Assembly (NCBI GenBank): GCA_054661495.1
Contig: BAAFSQ010000462.1
Location: forward strand, 1-5,944
Length of the DNA stretch: 5,944 nt
Direction of reading: 5' to 3'
Origin: Zygophlyctis sp. KS116
Taxonomy: Eukaryota > Fungi > Chytridiomycota
This document shows, one piece after another, positions 1-5,944 of this stretch (position 1 is the first letter of the stretch; every line of letters starts with the position of its first letter). The notes under the pieces are model-generated. The model saw only the letters and a program-made list of their open reading frames with translations. It was not told the DNA's origin and did not search any database. The translations under genes and the position numbers were made by a program.

Positions 1-521
1 TTGAAAAGAAATCAATTGAAACTTGTTATCAGGAAATGTTATCAGTCAAAAAGCCTCAATTAGATCATTTCAGGCAATTCCTCAATCAAGGAACAAGTTT
101 ACAATTAAAGGAATTATCTTGGTACAATACAGTTCCTCTTCAACTACAATTCGTTTGTGAATGTCTAGTTACTCTTAAACAGGGACCTTTATCATCTACA
201 AATCAAATTGATAAATGGGCAGAAATAAGAAGATCCATGGCAAGACTAGACTTTAAGAATTGGTTTATAAATTTGGAATCTAATGTTGACTTGTTAAAGA
301 TGGAAAATGTTGAAATTGTAAAGGAAATAATTATACGAAACCCATCAATCAATTATGAACGAATTAGAGAAATTTCTGTTTGTGGATATAATGTATTAAT
401 AATTATTGCTGCCTGCTTACAGTATGGATATATATCTCAAGACTTGAAAATCAAGTTTACTGAATTAAAAACGATCCAGGAAAAGTCTTTAAAAGCTATT
501 AAATTTTTTAATTTTCTATAA
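1..521 (+). CDS. 3' part of a hypothetical protein, 5'-truncated by the window edge
   Basis: The frame of ORF 36..521 is open back to base 3 (EKKSIETCYQE-MLSV...), so ATG 36 is probably internal. About 172 stop-free codons in AT-rich DNA, ending at TAA 519-521, with AATAAA at 588-593. No motif recognised. Confidence 0.65.
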   Translation, partial: EKKSIETCYQEMLSVKKPQLDHFRQFLNQGTSLQLKELSWYNTVPLQLQFVCECLVTLKQGPLSSTNQIDKWAEIRRSMARLDFKNWFINLESNVDLLKMENVEIVKEIIIRNPSINYERIREISVCGYNVLIIIAACLQYGYISQDLKIKFTELKTIQEKSLKAIKFFNFL

Positions 522-649
522 TATAATCAGTTAACATTACTACTCTTTAAACTTTACCTATTGTCCTCACCCTCATCTTTAAAAAAAAATAAAAACTTGA
601 ATTTAAAAAATGTGTTTTTGAGTTCCAATTATACTATTGCTCGCAATTA

Positions 650-807
650 AGCCGGCTGTCTAAATCATATATTTTTACAGTGACTATGCTAGAGCATACA
701 TAAAGTATCAGATCATCAGCGCCTTTTGGCTGCAGAAGATCTGATTAGAGTCTTGTCTGCTTTTATAAATCCTAGTGATTATGAAAGCCTAAAGATTTCA
801 GACATTT
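650..807 (+). ncRNA. candidate box H/ACA-like snoRNA
   Basis: ANANNA motifs at 691-696 (AGAGCA) and 698-703. Stem 707-714/738-745. 3' hairpin with upper stem 760-771/777-787, lower stem 748-753/793-798 and an internal pocket, then ACA 802-804 + TTT. Folded by eye; the 5' boundary is uncertain. Confidence 0.4.
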
Positions 808-1046
808 TAATCTAATATTATTTTTAAGATTTTAGTAGTGTCTTTTTTAATACAAGAATTTTCCATTACAACATTTTAAATCTGTTTTATAACCTGTTCA
901 TATAGATAACAATTATTAAAAAGTGGGAATAGACTGCAGAGAAGAGACCATACACTGGTACTAAGCCTTGAACAAAAAGCTTGGGGCAAGATTGCAAGGG
1001 CTCATGTGGCAATGAGTGCTAGACGGTTAGGTTGTTAGTAAAAAAA

Positions 1047-1892
1047 ATGGGCAGAGGACCGAAAAAGCATTTGAAAAGAGTAATTATCTATTCTTTTAAC
1101 AATCTTAGCTTAATGCTCCAAAACATTGGATGTTGGACAAATTGACCGGGACTTGGGCCCCAAAACCATCAGCTGGGCCTCACAAGACTAGAGAATGTCT
1201 ACCATTGGTTGTTTTCCTGAGAAATCGTTTAAAGTATGCTCTCAATGGAAAGGAAGTGCAATCAATTCTTATGCAGCGTTTGATCAAGGTGGATGGAAAG
1301 GTTCGTACTGATCCTACTTATCCTGCTGGGTTCATGGACGTTATCACTATTGAAAAGACTGGAGAACAGTTCAGATTGGTCTATGATGTCAAGGGAAGAT
1401 TTGCTATCCATAGAATTACTGATGAAGAGGCTCAGGTACTATTATTAATTCTAAATTATCTAGTTTAAACTTTGCAAAGTAAAAATGGTCAGATTAGGTG
1501 CAAAAGGAATTCCTTTTGTTGTTACTCATGATGGTAGAACTATACGTTATCCAGATCCACTCATCAAGGTTAATGATACCGTAAAGGTTGATCTTGCTAC
1601 AGGAAAAATTGTAGACTTTATTAAATTTGATACTGGAAATGTTGTGACTGTCACTGGTGGTCGTAACATGGGTCGTGTTGGTATTATCACTCATCGTGAG
1701 AAACATGATGGTGGTTTTGAAATTATCCACATCAAGGATGCTCGTGATCATACTTTTGCAACTCGTTTGTCAAATGTTTTCATTATTGGAAGTGGTTCTA
1801 AACCTTGGGTTTCTCTACCTAAAGGAAAGGGTGTCAAATTGACTATTTCTGAGGAAAGAGATAGACGTAGAGAGAGATTGGCCGTACAATAG
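1047..1892 (+). CDS. RPS4: 40S ribosomal protein S4 (eS4), 262 aa; join(1047..1079,1109..1435,1464..1892)
   Basis: Spliced translation [11 protein letters not shown]|[26 protein letters not shown]...DEEAQ|FKLCKVK...[12 protein letters not shown]...GGRNMGRVG...FATRLSNVF...[18 protein letters not shown] is unmistakably eS4. Removing two phase-0 GT-AG introns restores the conserved sequence. Confidence 0.98.
1080..1108 (+). other. RPS4 intron 1 (29 nt)
   Basis: GTAATT...TTAACAATCTTAG; joins HLKR to LNAPKHW. Confidence 0.95.
1436..1463 (+). other. RPS4 intron 2 (28 nt)
   Basis: GTACTA...CTAAATTATCTAG; joins EEAQ to FKLCKV. Confidence 0.95.
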
Positions 1893-1938
1893 TAAAATAA
1901 GAAAAGTTTTTACTTTAAAAAAATAAACCTTTTCAATT
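1893..1938. terminator. 46-bp shared 3'-end region between convergent RPS4 and kynureninase
   Basis: Almost pure A/T. AATAAA on + at 1922-1927; on - an AATAAA overlaps the kynureninase stop. Short inverted repeat GAAAAG 1901-1906 / CTTTTC 1929-1934. Confidence 0.45.
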
Positions 1939-3277
1939 TTATTCATGTTTTGAGAGTGCTTCTTTTAGAAGAGTATAGAATTTGAAAATTTCTTCAAATG
2001 TATTATACAGTGGGGCTGGTGCAACTCGTATGACGTTTGGTCTTCTCTCGTCTACTATAACACCTTTTTGAGTAAAGTAGTCAAAAACAGGTTCCATATA
2101 TCCATCATCAAATAAGAGAGAAAGCTGACAACCACGATCATCTGGATTAGAAGGAGTGATAATGATAAAATGATTCAATGTTTTCAAAAGTTGTTCTAAA
2201 TATCCTGTGAGAAGTAATGATCGTTTTCGTAACGTCTTCATTGATGTTTTACCAAAAATTGATAGAGATCCTAGTAAACAAGTAGTCGCCATGACATTTG
2301 GATTAGAAAGTCGATATACATTTGCACCTTGAATCGGACGGAATACATTATCCATTAAGAACTTTGTACTAGGATCAGTTCCCCACCAGCCAGTAAGTTT
2401 TGGAATATTATCATTTCCAATATATTTTTCATGTACAAATGCGCCCCCGATCCCACCAGGACCAGAATTTAGGTATTTATAAGTACACCAACAAGCAAAA
2501 TCTACATCCCAATCATGAAGATTCATAGGAACATTTCCAGCAGCATGCGCAAGATCAAAACCAACAATTGCTCCCTATTAGATAAAATATTGGAAACTTA
2601 CAACTTCATGACCAACCTTTGTAATTGCCTCTAAATCGAAAAATTGACCAGTATAATATTGGACTCCAGAAAATAAGACTAGCGATATTGTATCGCCGTG
2701 TTTACGTATCTGATCAATAATATCTTCCATTCTCAAATTGAATTCCCCTTGTCGAGGACTAATCTGCAAAATAGCTTCTTCCGGATTATATCCATGAAAT
2801 TTGACTTGTGATTCAATCGCATACTAGAACCTTTTAAGAATAAAAACATACGTAATCACTTGGAAATGCATGAGATTCCATCAATATTTTTACCCGTTTC
2901 CCTACTGGTCTATAAAATGATATCATAAGAAAATGTAAGTTTGCCGTTAAACTATTCATAATTGCAACTTCATTTTGTTTTGCGCCAACTATTTTTGCCG
3001 ATTCCTCCACTACATTATCATCAACAGACACCCATGGACGACCATACGGATGATCAAAATGTCCACAAACTCCCTTATCTCCCCATACATGTAATTCCTC
3101 TGTTATCAACTCTTTAGTTTTGGCCGGTAATAGTCCTAATGAATTTCCACACAAATATACTTTGTCAGGGCAAACAAATTCAGATCTAAAATGAGGGACT
3201 CCACAGTTATTTTCCAATATTAGAGGCAAAGATGGGTCAGTGACCTCTAGCTCGCCAATCAAGTCTGATAATTGCAT
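1939..3277 (-). CDS. BNA5: kynureninase (PLP-dependent), 427 aa; complement(join(1939..2574,2602..2823,2852..3277))
   Basis: Motifs YLCGNSLGL, MNSLTANLH, AFPSDY|YAIESQ, SGVQYYTGQ, GFDLAHAAGN, LHDWDVDFACWCTYKYLNSGPG (PLP lysine), GWWG, RLSNP, RGCQLS and IRVAPAPLYN. Two phase-0 introns join the three ORF fragments. Confidence 0.97.
2575..2601 (-). other. kynureninase intron 2 (27 nt, in-frame TAA TAG)
   Basis: GTAAGT...CTAATAG; joins GHEV to GAIVGFDLAH. Confidence 0.95.
2824..2851 (-). other. kynureninase intron 1 (28 nt)
   Basis: GTATGT...TTCTAG; joins FPSDY to YAIESQ. Confidence 0.95.
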
Positions 3278-3307
3278 TTCACGAAACTCAAAAACTTAAA
3301 AATTGTT

Positions 3308-5311
3308 TTAATTTCTGTAAATCTTCCATGCAACTGCAATCCCACTAATTAATACAACTGCTGATATTCCCATCATGCTCATATTCCAAATATTAGAGGG
3401 AGGGCCTCCAACAATAGCCACGCTCGGATCAAGTGCTACTCCAACAAGCGACCTGTATATTTCAGCAGTCAGCCCCTCCTTGATTGATACAGATATGGGG
3501 ACAGGAAGACCTAATTTACGGCAATACGAATCTGGTGGAAGGGGGAATCTCTAACTATAAATATTTTTGAATTGTATACCTGGGGAACGAGATCCAAATC
3601 ACTTTTGGTAGCTACAAACACACAAGGTATCTTGTTTAAAGCAAACCGGTCCTTGATAATTTAATAAAATTTGAACTTACTCGAAGGTTAGCGACATATG
3701 CAAATGAATGAGGATCACTGGAATCATATATAAAACACAATACATCGCAACTCTCCAGCTTTTTCTTATTAGAAAGAACCTCAACATCAAATTGTGGTCC
3801 ATATTCTTCCATCTATGAAAATAAGTGTGAATTTATATTTACCACTAGTTCTTTTTCAACTCCAAAAACTTCAATAGAATTAATAACACTGTACTCTTTT
3901 GAAGTCGGTATATATGTGCTTTGAAACGCTTTTCCCAAGCATCCACGCATGAATGAAGTCTTTCCAGAGCCTGTTGCACCAAATACATAGCAAACAAAAC
4001 AATCACGTTGAGATGCTTGATTCTTTGGAACAATTTTCAGGCCAAGTGTTGTGTCTTGATCAGGATACCCCAAATACGCAAAATAAGCCAATGTAGTTTT
4101 ATGCGATTGATAAGTAGTTAAACTAGGCCATAAAAGATTGAAAATACCTCCATTGAGCCAAAAATCCATTCAAAGTAACAGATCCATTTTCATCCGTTAC
4201 AGTTGTATCAGGAAATGCAGTAGATACCCAAGGATGCCCAGGAGCAGTTTTAAATAATTCCTCAATTTCTGATTCCTTCAATGCCCCATCTTGATCTTTA
4301 TCAAATTTCAAAAACAAGTCTGTAAAAAAATGAATTCCTTCAGAAGATAATTCAACCACTGAACCAGCTGGAACATCTAGTTTTGGATTCAAGAAATCTG
4401 CACGAAGTGATAAATCATCATCATAACCAAATTTACGTAATACAATCCATGTTGTTTCTAATCTCCCTCTTTGAATAAAGAGAGTATGAAGAAATAAAAA
4501 CCCCGTTTCAGTTAAACCCAATTCATCAAATCCCATTGGAGAATTTTGCCTAACAACTTCCTTTACAACATTTAATTCTTGATGTTGTAATGGGCTATCA
4601 AAACATTTTGCTTGTAAATCATTAATTTCAATATCATTTAAAAACCCATCTTTATCTTTATCACAAAGAGCAAATATCCTTCTTAAAGCTCTAATACATG
4701 CAGGTTTTAATAAATGTTCTCTAGAATCATATAAAGGAGCTGTTGGATAAAGAACTGCTTTTTGAGCAAAAAAGAACACTTCAGAAATATTTATCCGTTC
4801 TTTTGACGAACATTCAACACAAGATTCAACTTCCTAAATTTCAGAGTATACTTTCTACTTACCTTGAAATCATTCATTACTGGAGCAATTAAATTTTCCA
4901 ATGAAGCTGCATCAACAGAATTAATTCTAGTATCAATTTTATTCCCAACTAAAACGACTGGAACATTTTTTCCCAATTGCCTAATTGTAAGTTCTTAAAA
5001 AACAACCTTATATAAGGCAACCAAAAATCTGAAATTCTATAAAATGTTTCCATTCTATCCACTGCATAAACTATACAAAGCACATCCGCCTTTTTAATTT
5101 CCAAGTCCAATTGACTTTTATTTTCAGGCCTTGAGCTAGAATCAATGATCCTAGTTGTAACTTTTTCCCTTGAAGACTCTGGAGAAATCCTAAATTCAGG
5201 AACTACATGCTGCACATTTCCTACAAAACTTTCTTTAATTAATGTTGTAATGATTGAAGACTTTCCGACTCCCTCGTCTCCTATCAGCAGAATTCTTACA
5301 CAATCTCTCAT
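3308..5311 (-). CDS. GEM1: mitochondrial Rho GTPase Miro/Gem1, 611 aa; complement(join(3308..3550,3580..3651,3681..3812,3843..4122,4148..4833,4863..4980,5007..5311))
   Basis: N-terminal GTPase (VRILLIGDEGVGKSS, LVGNKID, CVECSS), then FAQKAVLYP, EF hands (DKDKDGFLNDIE, DKDQDGALKESE), FIQRGRLETTW and a second GTPase (GATGSGKT, YDSSDPHSF, VATKSDLD). C-terminal tail anchor MMGISAVVLISGIAVAW-KIYRN*. The last three exons are missing from the ORF track and were recovered by manual splicing. Confidence 0.97.
3551..3579 (-). other. GEM1 intron 6 (29 nt)
   Basis: GTATAC...TAGTTAG; joins DLVPQ to RFPLPPDSYC. Confidence 0.9.
3652..3680 (-). other. GEM1 intron 5 (29 nt, AAG acceptor)
   Basis: GTAAGT...ATCAAG; joins VANLR to DRFALNKIPCVFVATK. 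Confidence 0.88.
3813..3842 (-). other. GEM1 intron 4 (30 nt, in-frame TAG)
   Basis: GTAAAT...TCATAG; joins EKELV to MEEYG. Confidence 0.9.
4123..4147 (-). other. GEM1 intron 3 (25 nt)
   Basis: GTATTT...CCTAG, phase 2; restores FLAQWSLTT. Confidence 0.93.
4834..4862 (-). other. GEM1 intron 2 (29 nt)
   Basis: GTAAGT...TTTAG; restores MNDFK-EVESCVECS. Confidence 0.95.
4981..5006 (-). other. GEM1 intron 1 (26 nt, weak GTTGTT donor)
   Basis: GTTGTT...ATTAG, phase 2; restores WLPYIRQLGKNVPVVLVGNK. Confidence 0.9.
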
Positions 5312-5357
5312 ATTTCAAATGAAAACCACTTTGGTAGGTGTAGCGTTGATTGTTGAA

Positions 5358-5944
5358 ATGATCTTGGCCAGTCCAAGGTGTTTTAGACTGCCAAATACTC
5401 TTGCATTTTTAAATGTCAGGCCGCTTAGTAAAGGATTGCATCGTATTTCTAAAAACTTTAGCGGACAATCTCTTGGACTGAAAGTGGGGAAATTGGACTT
5501 TTACAGACAAATCTCTACTTCCCATCCTCTGATATGGTTTCATCTCTATGACTATGGGACTGGAAAGCCATACAAGGATACTAGTGTTACTTCTGTCTTG
5601 CGATCTTCCCTCGCAGTGCCTGTTATTGCTCAGTTAAGAAAAGCTATCAAAGCCGAGTACTCTGACAGTCATCTAAAAGGTATTAGCCTTTCTGATCTCA
5701 AAGTTTTTAAGAACAAGGATTCGTTTGACAAGAGAAATTTTAAAGAGCACAAGGTAATTTATTAGAATCTTATCATAGGAATATCCATTGAAAGAGGATT
5801 CTCCTGTGGATGGGCTGGGAAAGTCATTAAAAGATGCTCTTATTATCAGTGTCAAACGTAAATGACTGTAAAAGTCTAAGAATAGGAAGTGAATCGTATT
5901 ATTCCGATTTTGCAGAATTATTTGAATCGAAATTCAGAGGTAGT
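5358..5944 (+). CDS. Crinkler (CRN)-related protein with a ubiquitin-like N-terminal header domain, 3'-truncated; join(5358..5753,5779..5857,5886..>5944); alternative start 5319
   Basis: IWFHLYDYGTGKPYKDT...IAQLRKAIKAEY...LKGISLSDLKVFKNK...|EYPLKEDSPVDGLGKSLKDALIISV matches my recollection of CRN-related header domains in chytrids and oomycetes. LKVFKNK sits at the LFLAK-like position and ALIISV at the HVLVxxP-like position. Two 25-28 nt GT-AG introns keep the frame open to the window end. The family call is by pattern recognition only. Confidence 0.7.
5754..5778 (+). other. CRN-like gene intron 1 (25 nt)
   Basis: GTAATT...TCATAG, phase 0; joins KEHK to EYPLKEDS and removes the stop at 5763-5765. 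Confidence 0.85.
5858..5885 (+). other. CRN-like gene intron 2 (28 nt, predicted)
   Basis: GTAAAT...CTAAGAATAG, phase 1; removes TGA 5863-5865 and gives the open frame RSESYYSDFAELFESKFRGS. Confidence 0.7.

Noticed and set aside
652-662. CCGGCTGTCTA, complementary to a recalled 25S rRNA segment (UAGACAGCCGG)
   Set aside because: An 11-mer match to several kb of rRNA is near chance expectation, with no adjacent D box and poor pocket geometry. Not used as evidence.
720-731. CGCCTTTTGGCT resembling U2 stem I or U5 loop 1
   Set aside because: No U2 GTAGTA branch-pairing sequence; the U5 loop requires GCCTTTTAC; no Sm site.
917-945. U6 snRNA-like stretch (TAAAAAGTGGGAATAGACTGCAGAGAAGA)
   Set aside because: ACAGAGA box is imperfect, and the AGC triad and downstream U6 stem-loop are absent.
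979-989. GCTTGGGGCAA resembling the U4 snRNA 5' region
   Set aside because: Flanking U4 elements (5' AUCUUUG, stem I, Sm site) are missing.
982-1005. Peptide WGKIARAH reminiscent of ribosomal protein eL33
   Set aside because: Short frame with no start codon upstream of the motif; the similarity does not extend on either side.
1019-1040. Perfect TACTAAC...TAG branch point/acceptor on the minus strand
   Set aside because: No suitable donor at 25-30 nt, no downstream coding exon, and real introns here do not use TACTAAC.
1494-1842. ORFs 1494..1751 (-) and 1657..1842 (+)
   Set aside because: Antisense and alternate-frame shadows of RPS4 exon 3.
3277-3335. Miro-kynureninase fusion by readthrough or splicing
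   Set aside because: There is a second in-frame TAA in the spacer. The only in-frame splice I found needs a 48-nt intron with a GAG acceptor, outside this window's pattern.
3845-4033. 62-aa minus-strand ORF
   Set aside because: Alternate frame within GEM1 exon 4.
1047-5311. Fragmented ORFs read as frameshifted pseudogenes or programmed frameshifts
   Set aside because: Every break is bounded by GT...AG, and removing it restores the conserved protein exactly.
5145-5318. N-terminal 58 codons of ORF 5145..5765
   Set aside because: Antisense to GEM1 exon 1; an open shadow frame rather than the real start of the CRN-like gene.
5673-5855. 60-aa minus-strand ORF
   Set aside because: Antisense to the CRN-like exons and intron; no independent support.

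Overview
AT-rich, very gene-dense eukaryotic DNA with fungal-type proteins. A zoosporic (chytrid-like) fungus is my inference from protein character, tiny introns and a Crinkler-like gene. The fragmented ORF track is explained by 12 GT-AG introns, all 25-30 nt. After splicing the window contains, in order: the 3' end of an unidentified gene (<1-521, +); a 525-bp spacer with a candidate H/ACA-like snoRNA (about 650-807); 40S ribosomal protein S4 (1047-1892, +, 262 aa); kynureninase (3277-1939, -, 427 aa); mitochondrial Rho GTPase Miro/Gem1 (5311-3308, -, 611 aa); and, head-to-head with Miro, the 5' part of a Crinkler-related gene (5358->5944, +) whose header domain follows what looks like a mitochondrial presequence. 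The other three intergenic gaps are only 30-46 bp. All alignments and folds were done by eye; no searches were run.
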